DNA of 57,136 bases, filler included, from Stramenopiles sp. TOSAG23-6 (GCA_900128565.1; 2 parts of 2 records of this genome joined end to end with filler, not necessarily neighbours in it); one strand, 5' to 3'. Shown: positions 1 through 13,420, counted from the whole stretch's first letter. Translations and numbers: made by a program. The notes: generated by a model not told the origin, from the sequence alone.

Positions 1-239
1 TCTTGCAAATTGAAGAAAAAATCACTTAGGTACGGAATTTGGTACAAAAAAAAAAGAAAGAAAATCGAATTTTTTGGCCAAAGAGGTCCAACCGACAGGA
101 TTGCAAAAATGGCCAAAGTTACCGGGATTTATTTATTACTAGACATAAAAAAATTTAAAAAGACATAAACCAATAAATGGCCAGAAATTACAGTTAAAAA
201 GTTAAAAAATAAAACGTATTATTTCTTTTGTGTCATACT

Positions 240-3200
240 TCAAACAATAATTTCTTTACTTCTCCTTTGTTTCGCCAATGAACTTGATCGCTTTTTAGTT
301 TTCTTCAAATGTTCTGCTGTGTATATTTTTCCTTCTATGATAAATTTCCTATAAAATGAATCCATTTTGAGCAAAGTTGGTTTTCTGTCATCGTCAAACG
401 CCAACAGAAAACAAGAACGGACAAGAGTTTCTAGAAATCCTTCAAACGTCAAAGTTAAAGCTTGCAAAGTACTTTTCGACGGATTGATTTGGAAATAATG
501 ACTTTGATTAAAAGCTAACCTGCAAGATACATCCGTCCATTTATCACATTCACCCCGATGAACTGCTCCAGCAATATCAAAATCCTTTACTAAACGTTGC
601 CACGCTTTATAAGATAGCCTGCCGTGCTCTCTCCTTTCGCCCCAACTATAAGCGTCATAAACATCACGAAGTTGTAAAATCCTTGATCGAACTTCAACTT
701 CTTCTTCTATATCTGTTTGCGCAACTACGCCTTCTATTTGTAGTTGAGGTGCACACCAAAAATAAGACATACTTTTTGTATATAATTCTTTTTTTCTAAA
801 TGTACTATTATCAAGTGAAATGTCAAATTCTTCTGCATCTTTGAAAACTTCATTTTTAAATGGAGTCCAAATATCTGTAAAGAATGTTTCCACGGCAAGT
901 GATAGTGAATCATGACATTTGTATAGTTTGAGTGCCAAAAGTATCAAAGCTCCAAGAAATTCAGTACGAACTAAATGAGCATCCATATTTTGCTTTCTAA
1001 AGACGTCACGATCATCTTCTTCATCATAGTAAATAACAGTATTTGCAATTCTAAATATTTCAGGAATATCATCATTTTTGAATATTTTGCCATCAATAAT
1101 TCTCAGTGACTGTACAATACCTTCAAATGCCTCAAAAGGAAGCCCACCAGATGCATCATACATCGAGCATTGAAAATCGAATATTTGGTAGATACTTTCA
1201 TAGTGTACTTTTACAACTGCTGCGACATCTCCATATTTGCAACCGTCGCTATTTCTATTGCTTAAACTCGATGCAGTACTCGCTCGGCTATTTGCACGAC
1301 TTCTGCAGAATATTGAAGGTACTGAAATAATACTCCAGTCAGAATCAAAACCTAAACTAATTACATTGTATGAATCAAGTGGTGTCTTGCCATCAATTTG
1401 TTCTAATCGCTTATTCCATAAAGAATTTCCAAACTCTTCTTTGATCCAATTTCCTCTCCAATCTGTAGCACGTCGCACTTTCTTCGAGTGTAAAAACTTA
1501 AGTAAGCCTCCTGCAGAAAATGCGTCTTCTGAATCTGCTTCGTTTCCCATTGGGAAATCACTCGTGTCATCAAACACCATGTTTGTATTATTTGAAATAT
1601 TACTACCTTGTGCTAACTGGCCTGGAAACTCTTTCATGGCTTGTTCCCATAAGGATGAAATGAAATTGTCTTCGGTTTCTTCATCGCCAAATTCTTCAGA
1701 GCCTTGGAAAAGGAAAAGGACATCATTCAATAGGTTTTCTATAAAAAAACGCTTATTTATAAAACCTTTTCTCAGTAATACCTTCGTCGTATGGTCGCTA
1801 CAGTCATCTAAAATACTCGGCATTCCGCTTGTGTGGTCTTCCTTATTATTACCGCAAAGCTTCACCTGTCGAAGACGCGAACGAATTTCATTCATTACTC
1901 CACGTTCACCCATAAATAGTGCTAATTTTCTCCATTCATCACATTTGATTTCTTCTTCAGGACGGGGTGTAAGGCTTTCTATCTTTTCATTTGCAAGTTC
2001 TTTTGGAACTCCAAATGTTGCAGGCCATAAATGGTTTTTTAGAAGTAGTAACATTCGACATGCATGCCTCCCTCCATATATTGTATTCTGTACATAAGAA
2101 GAATATGTGCCGTTTTCTTTCTCTGCATGAGGCAAATTCCATCGACTCTCTGCTAATCGAGTCAGAGCCTCAAGGAAATCGGTGAAACTAAGAAGGCAAT
2201 GATCAGGATTACTTCCACCTGCATAATAGTGTGCTTCTTGGTTAACAACATACGGCTTTGACAATAAAAATGAAGAAGCTAAGCAAGCAACGGTGAATTC
2301 ACTATTTGGCTCGGAGATAACTCGGTCGTACTCCATTGCAATGTGATAGTCTACACTCACTCCCTTTGCTGGGGGCTGCTGCAAAAGGTATCCATTAAAT
2401 CCCTCCTTGGGCTTACTTTTATCAATCCATTCCTGTCGCTTTGCAGAGCCCTTGAAACCAACAGCGCTGATCCCAAGTGATACTTTATCCCGTGATACTT
2501 TCTCGATTTCTTTCAAACGCAGTAATACCGTAGTGCGATACCCCGGTACAATACCAGCCTGAACTAACATATCACACCACCTTGTGTAAGATAATCGCGA
2601 TCTACCATCACTCGGATGACAATCAGCATCATTGCTCCAAGCATTAAATATTAGTAGAAATTGACTATAGTATTCATTCATCCAATTACTATACTCCTTA
2701 GTATAGATATTTAAGGCCCTCCATGTATCTGGTTTCATAACAGAAATACATTTTATATCTATGCGATTAACCACATTATTCAATATTAAGTTAATTCCTT
2801 GTCTACGTGCACCATTTTTCATATTCAAATTACGAACTAGTATAGCAAGTTCTACGATGCATCTCAAAAACTCACTTCTTGTAATGGCATTGTCAGGGAG
2901 TACAACATTCGAAGAAACACGTGAAGAAGAAGCAGTTACAGATCTATATTTAATGGTACTATGAAATATATCCAATGCTTTTTCGCGTTTCATACTACTA
3001 TCTGCTTCAGAAATGTAACCCATGGTACAGAGAAGATTGACCCATGCCTCACATGATACAAACCCAAAATTACTATTTGCCTTACACATTGAATTAGCAA
3101 GATCTCTTGCATTTTGTTCAGCATAGCTCGATATGCCATACCCTCCATAAATGTTCTTATCAAAATGTTTTTCCCGTAAAAGTTCGATGGTTGATGAATC

Positions 3201-6200
3201 ATTTTCATCTGTACTAATATCTTCCGCCGTATGTGTGTCTCTAGTGTCATTTTGAACATCCTGTGTACTAACTCTCGAGGGTTTATTATCACCCTCCTTG
3301 TCTACATTATCCCCTAAAGTTTCTGTGGTAGTAGTCTCGTTCGCATCTTTCATTTTCACATTTTGTATAACATCTCCGAATATGCGTAGCTGTATTTTTT
3401 TACAAGTAACCACTGGTGATTTAGACTTTTTACCAGATGAATCGAATAATGAAAACAGTTCTACTATTTTAACTTTGGGTATTTTTATGCTTGCCTTTTT
3501 TAAACATACCATAAATTGTCCAACAGTGATCTTTTCTAGTTTTTTTGAATTAAATGCAGCATCAAATAAATTGCCTAGCTCTCCTGGCGTATTGACATTA
3601 TAAATAGACAGCTGGCGCCGAAACCATTCCTCCACGCTTTCTATGGGTTGTTGTATCTCATCAACTTCGGATTCTGAAGTTTCCGAATATGATGTTGAAT
3701 TCCCTTCATCGGAGTCAAATTCATTTTCATCAGATTCATTCTCTTCTGGTATTTCCTCTACCTTTTCAAATTCACCTCTGAACACTGTTGGATATAAAAG
3801 ACCTTTGCTAAATTTCGACGCACAAATTTTATACAAAGTTATCAATGATTCATAATTCTTCCATATTGTTTGACGGGTATCTTTGATACATTTATCTACA
3901 TATTGTTCCATAGGTATACTCAAAAAATCACGCAATTTCTTCATTTCTTCAAAACGTTTGATCTCTCGATCCATTGCAGCTTTACTACGCTGTTTGCCTT
4001 TTTTTACACGAGTAACTGTTCGAGCAAACCTTTCTCGTTTACCAATTGTTTGTATTTTCTTACGAAGTTTTCTGCGCATAGCTTTTGCCTTCTTTTCTTT
4101 TTCCAGTTTTTCAGTCGCTAATTGTTCTTCCAATGCTTTTTTTTTCTCGAGCTCCACTATTTCACTGAAGTGTTCGTCTTCTAGTGCATACAGTCTTTTT
4201 CTTAACTTGCTTCTTTCAGCTACTACCTCACCTTTTACAAGATTAGCTATTACATCAGCAATTTTACTTTTTTGCCAATCAATTTCGAATCCGCGAAAGA
4301 AAACTATATGCTTATTACGAGTCTTCTTGGAATGTACTTTTGGGTTTATTTTCATTGGTTTGGGAGAAATACTTCTCTTTTCTGTACGAGCTTTACCAAA
4401 TCTCCGTTTAGTATCATTTTTTGGTGACTTTGGCTTCTGAATAATTACCGATTGTTTCTCCTCTGAGTCTTCTTCAAATCTTCCAATACCCCACAGAGAA
4501 CTTGAATCACATTCTTTTCGACGTCTTGACCATACAAGCTCCCCCATCTTTACAGCAGTTGCATCGGATTTACTTACTTTGCGCGAGCCTTCTTCTGGAA
4601 AACCTTTAAAAATTACGTGCACCTCTTGCATTTTGTTTCGTTTTTTTTTGCGGGGTGCGCGAGGTACACAATGTTGCGGTAAAATTGGGCCATATCGAGG
4701 TAAGATGTCAATGTAGTTCATGTCTAAACTTTGAAGTATCTTTTCAGACGGAATATCTTTTTCGGGTAAGCTTTGAAACTCTCGTTTTGCGATACTAACA
4801 AGCTTCTCTTCAAGTAATGAAGGTTCATTTTCATAATTATTGCCAATCCAATGGCGCTTCTCCCGCTCATATCTTCTTGAGAGCATGTGGATGCCATCAA
4901 CAGTAAAAAAGAAGTGTTGTCGCCCTGGAGGTACCATACACCATACTGACCATATATTTTCTTGGTGAATACCATCTGATATTTTCTCGTCTTCTTTAAG
5001 AGGCTTAAGTAAAGGATAGGGTTCCAAATTAAGCTCTCTGCTCTTATAACCATCACAGTGTAAATGAACTCTCACCGAGCACTTTCCAGGCAAAATGTCC
5101 TCCTCAATTCCTGGATTTTCATCTTCGACATCAAAATCTATGTCTTCTTCAACAGCAAGGTAACTTTCCAAGTCACTATCTTCGTCACCGCCAGACTCAC
5201 AAATTTCCTCTTCATTTGCAGATGATTCTTCTTCAGCAGTTGTATTATCATCTGAATAATCCGTTGTAGAACTTTCATCTTCATGGTTATCATCATTCAA
5301 ATTTTCATTATTTGTTTGGGCATGTTCATCTAAATTCAAATCAACGTTGCTAATACCATCAACTTGGTATTGCTTTGCTCTCCGCAACCTTTGCACAGCA
5401 AAGTCACTCAATTCTATTTTCACCTCTTGCCAACCTCCACATACCCAACAACAGCTGCTACCAAGATTATTTCGCCAACCGTATGCATCTACTCTTGATC
5501 GAATATCAGGTAAATCTAGCCATTCTTGCTTCATAGTACGTCTTCGGGACTGAACATTACCACGTTGTATGGCCTGTTGATCATATTGTAGGGAATTACT
5601 TGACTTCGTCATATTATTATATCTTGCGGGTTGTGATCGCCCCCTCCGTAGATAACCAGAGGCATCTGTCGTGAAGACATCTGATATATGTGAAATGTTA
5701 ACTTTATCCACAGGTAATGTGACAGTACGTGGTTCAGTACTAGTATTGCGAAGATCCATTACTTCAAGAGTCACAGGTGGTGCACCGTACAAAGCAACTG
5801 CTGATTTCCCCCATCTTTTTATACCAAAAGGTGTCTTCTCAAAATTTTCTTCAGTACCAGCTGTATCATTGCTATCCTTTTTCTCATCGCTAATATTATT
5901 TTCTTCTTTTTTGAGTTCTTTTTTGGGTTTAATGGCTAACGGCGACAATATGATGCCTTCCATATGAATTCCAAGCAGACATGTATTCTTATTTAAAGCT
6001 TTTCCAATCATGACGGCATCCTCTTGCGTTAGTTGACAATAATCAATAGATATATGCAAAATTGTTTTGTTAGATCTTAATGCAATCGCCAGAAGTTTTG
6101 GAGCCGAAATTAACTCAGATATGGCCACCTTGTCATTTGAAGTATCACCTATTGTATCAACAGCAGCATTTTGCATTTGTCCGCCGATTGGATTGTATCC

Positions 6201-9200
6201 CAAATCTAGCCATTGTAAGCCGAGCAACTGAACTGCCCGGGCAGCTGTCCTATTCAGATTATTCCATGAAAGATTAAGTTCTAGTAATGTAGACTGTGGG
6301 GAAACCGACAAGCTATTGGTGCCCTTCTTTTGTGCACTTGCATATGATTTTGCTCTTGTGTGTAATACCGAAAGCATCGGTTTGATGCCTGTGTCGGAAA
6401 TTCCATTGTCTGATAAATTTAGACGTATTAAATGTGGTATACCCCAATCACCTTTTGACCCACCTTTTTTTCTCTTTCCCTGTCTCTGTCGGCGAAAACA
6501 CTGTGCAAGTTGAACGACACCGGAATCTCGAAGGTTGCTTTTGCAGAGATCCAGTTCCTGTATTTGTGAATATTGCTTCAATCCAATCGACTTCAGCACT
6601 TCTATCGATTCGCTACCAACTTTATTACCTGAAAGTCCAAGTTCCATTATATCAACCGGTAGTAATTTCAAAACTTCAGCCAACAAACCATCAGTCAAAT
6701 CACAATTTTGTAATTGAAATGTCCGAAAAAAAATCATTTTGTCTAGCTTTAATGATTTCATAACCAATAGGATCTGATTAGGTGTTCCAGCAAGGGATGA
6801 TAAATTCACTTTGTTACTAACAATTCCTACATTCTGCATAATGAGAGATATCTGTGGGCATTGTTTTACCTTTTCACAGCCTAAATCATATACTTTAATT
6901 GGGTCTATCATAAAAGCATTTTCATCTTCATTTGGTACCTCTTTCTTTGATCTATGTAGTTTCTTCATGTGTATCTCTTGTCTAATTTCTTCATTACTTT
7001 GTCTAGATCGAATCGCATCTTTGGTGGAAGAAACTGCGATGGCCACCTCCGCTTCTAATTTTTTGTATTCTTCTTCCTGTTGTAACTTTTTCGCCCGTTG
7101 ACTCAATTTCCCACCGTATCTAGTTCTCCCTCGCTTCATCTGAGTTTTGGTCTTACTACTAACTGAATGTTTTGTTTTGATTTTAGAAGCACTACTCTTT
7201 TCATTATTTTTGGTTATTTTTGGCACACCCACTTTCTCGGGTTGAACAACTTCAGGCGAAGAGATTGATGAATACATTTTTTGCAGCGAGTGGCTGTAAC
7301 TACTATGTGGTCGCTTTACAATATCATCAAATCTGGCACGCGTTGTTCCATCTTCTCGGAGAAGTTCAGGCTTCACTTCTGGAAAATAGAACTTTTGACG
7401 AATCGCTGTTTGAGCTCGCAAACCTCTATTTTTATAATTATCTACAAAATTGTTGAATGATTTATGACGATATTCAGCAGCTTGCACCGCAAGAGCTTGT
7501 TCTCTCTGAAGCATCATCATTGTTGCACGTTTTGCTTTTTCCTTTGCAAGTCGCCGCTCTCGGGCAACTCGCTTCGATGCTGTTTTTGTTGATGCTTGAT
7601 TATCTTGAGTATGTTTTAAAACCTTTTCTAATAGAAGAGACGCGACACTAGGAAAGTCAGAAAGCATTGCTGAAAATCCCTTTCGATCCAAAGACAATAC
7701 TACTGCCCCGGTTTCATTTGCAATTACAGAAGCTGTACGAGGTTGACTAAAGACCAAAGCAACTTCACCAAATACAAAACCAGGTTCTAATACAGGAGCA
7801 TAGGTTACTGGGGTCCCATCTTTCATGTATTGTGAAAAAATATTTTTCATTCAAAATTCGTTAATTGTGGAATTTGGTACAAAACAAATTTAGGTAAACA
7901 ATTCAATTTTGAAACTTACATACGACCTTCTACTCTGACTACACCCTTAACTAAAATATAGAATTTGTCTCCCTGAGCACCCTGAACACAAATGCTTTCA
8001 TTTGGATTGTATGTTTCTTCAAAGAATATCCTAGATGTCTTGATCACTTTTTCAAAATCCAAACCTTCAAACATTGGTACATTCATCAACCATTTTGCTC
8101 TTTCTAAACCTGTCATTGTGAAAGTTCGCATCCCTCCACATTCTTTGAATTGAGGACTGTTTTCAACTTCGTCTTCAATTTCTCCCTCTTCGTCTTCTGA
8201 ACTAGATTCTAAATTTACACCCCTTGACTCTAGCTCGGTTTTTTTCTTCGCTTCTTTTTGTATTCTTAACTTTTCTTTTCTTTCCGCCTCTTTTTTATCT
8301 TCATTTGCTTTATAATCTTGGTCTTCTCGTTGCCGCTTTCTTTCTATGAATTCTTCATATTCTCGAAGTAACTTTAGTGATGGATTTGCTGCCTCAGCTT
8401 TGTCTCTTTCTATCAAAGCAACGGCCGCTCTTTCACGTTCCAGTTCGTCTAATACATGAGTGGCTTCAGCAGCTGCCAATGCTGCTACTTTTGCAGTAGC
8501 TCTGGCTATCTTTTTTGCTATTTTCTTCTGTTTCTCTATTGCCTTAAGGTCTAGCGCACTTGGTTCCTCCATCGTTTTTTCTTGCCTTAGAGATCGATCT
8601 ATAGATGTGCGTTCTGCGAGCTTATTTATTACCAAAAATAGTTCGAGATCCCCATTAGATATTTGAGAAACCATCGATCTAGCTTTGCCTTCTAAATTAG
8701 CTTTCAGATTAACGAGTTCTCTCTTATATCTGTTGTACCTTACGTCCCTTTCTTTCTTTTTTTGCCTTTCTAATCGCCGGGATTTCATTATTTCTGAAGC
8801 ATCCGTACACTTTGATGCTTTCTGAGTATTCTGTCTACGTCTTTCATTTGCTTCTTCTTTTTCTATTGCTTCCATTTTTTGCTCTTCAGCTTCATTTTTT
8901 TCTAAAAGATTATTGTATTTCTCAGCAACCCATGCACTCACCAATTTTTTACGTTGTTGAACTCTTATTTGATTTGAGCTACGTGGACTAAAATTTGATC
9001 CTACATGATTCGCTATTTTCTCCCACATTTTCATCGACCCGGGCAACATTCTTCGTTTCTTTCCTTTAGATTGAGCTTTCAAGTTTGGAAAAGTATATTT
9101 CCTTCCACCACGATTTTTTTTTGCTTCCAAATAACGCTTGTTTGCTCTTTGGCCTTCCCTGTCAGAGGTTTCGAAATCTCTCATCTTAAACATTGATGCA

Positions 9201-9394
9201 AGCATTCCTCTACCAGCATTTGGTCCATAGCTTTTATTTGCTTTTTCTAAATCTGATCGTGATAACTTTTTAATTGCACTGAAATCAGTACCAAAGTGTT
9301 TGTTTTCAGTTAACCAGGCCGGAAAAGATTCACTTGAGTTTTTCCTGTGATAGTTACGACTGTGCTTATCTCCTATATTGCAGTGTGAATGCAT
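240..9394 (-). CDS. Giant (~3019 aa) multidomain protein: coiled coil, cNMP-binding domain, RI-like LRRs, CBM48/AMPK-beta-like segment, C-terminal EF-hand-like repeats; join(7920..9394,240..7824)
   Basis: ORFs 7916..9394 and 240..7850 join in frame across intron 7825..7919, restoring a cNMP domain (ICVQGAQGDKFYILVKGVVRVEGRM|KDGTPV...EPGFVFGEVAL...PRTASV). LRR-like motifs LNLSDNGISDTG and LNLSWNNL; WSVWCMVPPGRQHFFFTVDG. Confidence 0.8.
7825..7919 (-). other. Intron (95 nt), family member, probable GT-AT
   Basis: CGT AT|gtaagt...ttttttcacaatacat|G AAA GAT. A GT-AG alternative (donor 4 nt upstream, AG 5 nt downstream) is also in frame. Confidence 0.6.
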
Positions 9395-9626
9395 TGTGTA
9401 GATAAATTCAACAAATGAAAAATGTTTTTCTTGACCTTAGCAGATAAGTACTATTAGAGACACATTACGGTATACATGCTACAGTTTCATGCATCCACAG
9501 ATCGGACATGGCCATCAAAAATCGCTCAAAAATCGCCGAGAGATCTCGATCGAGATCAAAGAAAAGTTGAAGAATTGGCCGTGGATGAAAACTTACTTTT
9601 GCAAAAACATCGAATTAATAGCATAG

Positions 9627-10217
9627 ATGGCAGCATCCCCAATACATCGCATCAACTATGACGATAACCCATCTACTGCAAGATATCTTAGAAGTCAAGG
9701 TATTTTAAATTGTTCAGAGAAATTAGGGTATAATAAATTTTTTGGCAACGCTGCTAGCTTTGCTAATGACGCGTTGAAGGCTGACCGGCAGGGTCAAGAA
9801 CCGAGAGCCCTGACTTTGTACAAAAAGGGAATCGAGTACTTCATACATGCTATTAATATTGAAGACAATAAGGTAAATATTCATGGAATGCAGAGAGAAT
9901 TCAATCCTGTAATGGATCGGGCTGAAGAACTTGATAAATTTATGAAATTAATGAAAGAAGCAAAGTTATTGGGAGAGAGAGCTATTGATGCTGATAATTT
10001 AAGAAATTGGGTATTAGCTAAAGAGCTGTACGAAAATGCTGCCGAAAACCTAATCAAATCTTTGAAGCTAGTCAACAAGGATTCTCCGACCCATTCTACG
10101 TTAAAGGAAAGAGTAACTCAGTTCATTACTAGAGCAGAGGTACTTTCTCAAACACAACCACTCCCACTTATTCCGACTGCACCACCTGCCCCTCTTGAAT
10201 TTAATCCATATGCTTGA
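9627..10217 (+). CDS. Tandem MIT-domain protein with Pro-rich tail (PTAP)
   Basis: Two VPS4-like MIT repeats (ALKADRQG..ALTLYKKGIEYF..MDRAEEL; AIDADNLRNW..AKELYENA..ITRAEVL). Tail IPTAPPAPLEFNPYA. Confidence 0.8.
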   Translation: MAASPIHRINYDDNPSTARYLRSQGILNCSEKLGYNKFFGNAASFANDALKADRQGQEPRALTLYKKGIEYFIHAINIEDNKVNIHGMQREFNPVMDRAEELDKFMKLMKEAKLLGERAIDADNLRNWVLAKELYENAAENLIKSLKLVNKDSPTHSTLKERVTQFITRAEVLSQTQPLPLIPTAPPAPLEFNPYA

Positions 10218-10435
10218 CATTTTAGAGATGATACTATTATTCTCTTTTCATCCATGTAGATGCAAAACGTTTGCTCGAAATATATATAATTGAGTATATA
10301 TGTTATGCACAAAAAAAAAGTATAAAGTTTTTGTGTGTTTATGTGAGAAGCATCAGAGTATGATGACTATTTATATATTTTTTTTAATAAAAACTCTTTC
10401 TCATCATTAGCCCACTACTACTCAAAGATTTAAAA

Positions 10436-11125
10436 TCAATACTTCCAAGGTGGTCTTTCATTTTTCTTTGACCATCTTTTTTTTTTATGTTTGGTTGGAG
10501 TGTTCGAAATAACATTAAAAAAAGCTTTTTGTCCTCGGTGGCCGATNTCTTCTTTATTATTACTATTGACAGCTGGATTATATGCTGGAGGAGGTGGTGG
10601 GGCAGAAGCAAGAGGCAAGTTTTGTCTCTGAATATGAACATCACGAATTGCTTCTGCTCTTTGTATGTAAAGAGTTGCCCTTTCCTTTAACATGGGACGA
10701 GTCGGGGAGTCCTTGTGGACTAACTTTACGGCTCTGATAAGCTTATCAGTGGCTTTTGCGTAAAAATCTTTTGCTACTGGCCAATTTCTTAAATTATCAG
10801 CATCAATAGCTCTAGAGCCTAATAGTTTTGCTTCCGAAATAATGTCAAAGTAAATGCGAAGTTCTTCTGCTCTATTTATCATTGGACTGAACTCTCTTTC
10901 CATAGCTCTTTTACTGATTTCGTTGTCTTCGTTGGAAATTGCATATAAAACATACTCAAGTGACATCTTATACAGCTTCAAGGCAGCGGTTTCACGTCCA
11001 GCTTTGTCATTCAACAATGCTTTGTTTGAATATTCTATAGCTTTATCAAAGTGTCTGTTGTACCCCGATTTCCTCACCGTTGCTTGTCCATCTGCATACT
11101 GAATAAAATGAACTCTTGAAGTCAT
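10436..11125 (-). CDS. Tandem MIT-domain protein, paralogue of 9627..10217
   Basis: Shares EAKLLG.RAIDADNLRNW, KLV.KDSPT...LKER with its neighbour. Tail SAPPPPPAY. One N at 10548 (GAN = D/E). Confidence 0.8.
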   Translation of the reverse strand: MTSRVHFIQYADGQATVRKSGYNRHFDKAIEYSNKALLNDKAGRETAALKLYKMSLEYVLYAISNEDNEISKRAMEREFSPMINRAEELRIYFDIISEAKLLGSRAIDADNLRNWPVAKDFYAKATDKLIRAVKLVHKDSPTRPMLKERATLYIQRAEAIRDVHIQRQNLPLASAPPPPPAYNPAVNSNNKEXIGHRGQKAFFNVISNTPTKHKKKRWSKKNERPPWKY

Positions 11126-11598
11126 GAAACTCTCAGACTATCCGAAAATTGTATTTATAATGCGTGAATGTTCTGTTTTTTCCTATATCAATTTATGCTC
11201 TCTCTGAGTACACTTACTATAAAATAGACCTTATTCAAAAAACAAATAAACGTAAATAATAATATATGCTCTAAGATCTTCAGGTTAGTAGCCTACCTAA
11301 GAGACTACCAAGCCCAAGGCTAAGAGCTCCTCGTTGTTGACTTGCCGCTTGTTGTCAAAAAAAAAAACGATATTGTTTCGCTCAAAAATTACCTAGCTAG
11401 GGTTAGGGTTAGTCAATTTTTTTCGACATCACGCCAACGAAGTCAAGAGTCAAGACTCCAAGACGAAGACTTAGTCCTTCTCAAATACAGTTTTCTCTTG
11501 AACCGAGTGTTCGGCATTCATCTCTGGCACCTTTTATACTGTATATAGTAGTTGCATCACTTCCCTGTGACATCTAGCTCAATATCAAGTTTGTTAAA

Positions 11599-13420
11599 AT
11601 GTCAAGTTCTAATAGAGAAATTGAAGGGCAGCTTGCTGCGTTAGAGATAGGCGTTGACGCCGCAAATGGGAACACGTTTGGCCCGTCCAAAGAAACTTTA
11701 GACCGTTTAAAACAGAATGATAGGGGTGGCGACGAGTTTAAAGGTGGACGGGCGGATATTCATAAATTTTCTCATCCCGTTATAGCTCAGAGAATGAGTT
11801 CTGTTGAAAATGAACAGAAGCGAGGAATGGAAGAGTTTGTAAAGTGGCTCAAGGATAATGGGGCAATTTTTCCAAATCTGTACTTTAAATGTTACTCTGA
11901 AAGCGTAAGAGGAGTCCATGCTGCCAAAACTATTTCACCATATCAACAGGTTATGGCAATTCCATTGAAATGTATAATTACAGATGAAACTGGTAGGAGA
12001 ACTCCAATGGGGCAACGTTTAGAGGCTGTTCGGCATCAACTGACAGTTCCTAACCATTGTCAAGTTATTGTTTATATGATGACAACTCGTGAGCGTGGAG
12101 ATTCCTGGTTCCAGCCTTATTACGCCACCCTACCAAAAGATTTCAATAATTTCCCTATATTTTGGACGGACGAGGAACTCTCTTGGCTGGAGGGTTCCTC
12201 CCTCGTAGAACAAATTCGAGATCGGAAGAGAAATATCAGATCGGACTATGACACCATTTGCAAAGCACTACCTGAATTTAGCAGATTTACTTTTTCTGAT
12301 TTCTTGTGGTGTCGTACGGCAGTAGGAAGTCGTAACTTCAGTATCGTCGTGAATGGTGAAAAACGTACTGCAATGGTTCCTATGGCAGATATGCTCAACC
12401 ATGCACGTTTTATTTTTTTTCAATTTCGAATTTATTTTTAGTACGAAATTTTGTACCTAACGATTTTTTTTTGAAATATTTTTCCAAAATACAGTATCGT
12501 CCTAGAGAAACAAGTTGGACGTATGACAATTCGCAAGGAGCCTTTACTATGACGTCACTAAAGATATTGTCAGAGCACAATCAGGTGATGGATTCATACG
12601 GGAAGAAATGTAATTCAAAATTTCTCTTGCATTACGGTTTCACTATTGAATGTATGTTTTATTTTTTTTCAAATTCGAATTTTTTTTTTCGTACGGAATT
12701 TTTTACCTAACAAATTTTAATTTTTTTTTTGAAATATTTTTCCAAAATACATGTAACAGAGAAAGTGATGATAAATGTCAAAATGAATTAGATATCACTC
12801 TCTCCTTAGATGAGACTGATCCATTATTTGACAAGCGCAGTTATTATGTGAATAAATCTCGAGGCTATCGTGTTACTATGAATCATGTACGTTTTATTTT
12901 TTTTCAATTTCGAAATTATTTTTCGTACGAAATTTTATACCTAATAAATTTTAATTTTTTTTTGAAATATTTTTCCAAAATACATGAAGATCGAGGTACT
13001 CAGGATGCAATGGCATATTTACGTGTTGCTGTTGCTACTTCCGATGAACTTACATCATTTAGTCGCGGATTCCAGCATTCTGTTATATCAGCTCAAAATG
13101 AGTTAGCAGCACTTTTATTAATGGCTCAATTTTCAACGGAAGTATTGAGTGGGTACCCGAAGACAATGTCAGAAGATAATGCTGCACTTGCTGATGATGG
13201 ACTGGACCCCTTTTGTAATAAGCGCCACGCAATAATTGTGGTGAGAGGGGAGAAACAAATATGTCACTTTTATATTAAGCTTGCACAGGCTGCATCTCAG
13301 TTGCTGAAACTGCCCACAATGGAACGAAAACTTTTATTAAGTGAAAAATATACCGCAGACGATGATATTTCCAGGTTTTTGACTGCTACATGTCGTTCGC
13401 TTTTGTGTAAAGGATTATAA
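11599..13420 (+). CDS. SET-domain protein methyltransferase, SETD3/Rubisco-LSMT-like (509 aa); join(11599..12402,12495..12651,12753..12886,12986..13420)
   Basis: RGVHA, SWFQPYYATLP, PIFWTDEEL, MVPMADMLNH, DSYGKKCNSKFLLHYGF motifs plus a C-terminal substrate-binding helical domain. The three family introns restore a 1530-nt frame. Confidence 0.85.
12403..12494 (+). other. Intron (92 nt), family member, GC-AG
   Basis: AAC CAT|gcacgt...ccaaaatacag|TAT keeps the SET motif DMLNH. Confidence 0.85.
12652..12752 (+). other. Intron (101 nt), family member, GT-AT
   Basis: GAA T|gtatgt...ccaaaatacat|GT AAC. With this donor the next AGs give a frameshift (+7, +13) or a TAA stop (+9). Confidence 0.75.
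12887..12985 (+). other. Intron (99 nt), family member, GT-AT
   Basis: AAT CAT|gtacgt...ccaaaatacat|GAA GAT. Highly similar to the GC-AG intron 12403..12494. Confidence 0.75.

Noticed and set aside
1106-7651. Numerous short antisense or overlapping ORFs here and elsewhere (e.g. 1237..2097, 37177..37908, 41112..41591)
   Set aside because: Shadow frames of real genes with no recognisable motifs. F/K-rich ORFs such as 19812..20042 are intron read-through.
12650-12750. Reading the introns as U12-type AT-AC introns (shifted 2 nt left)
   Set aside because: No ATATCCT donor. The shifted register would change SET DMLNH to DMLNQ and GAA1 HQSF to HQSL, and fails for introns 19346 and 53997.
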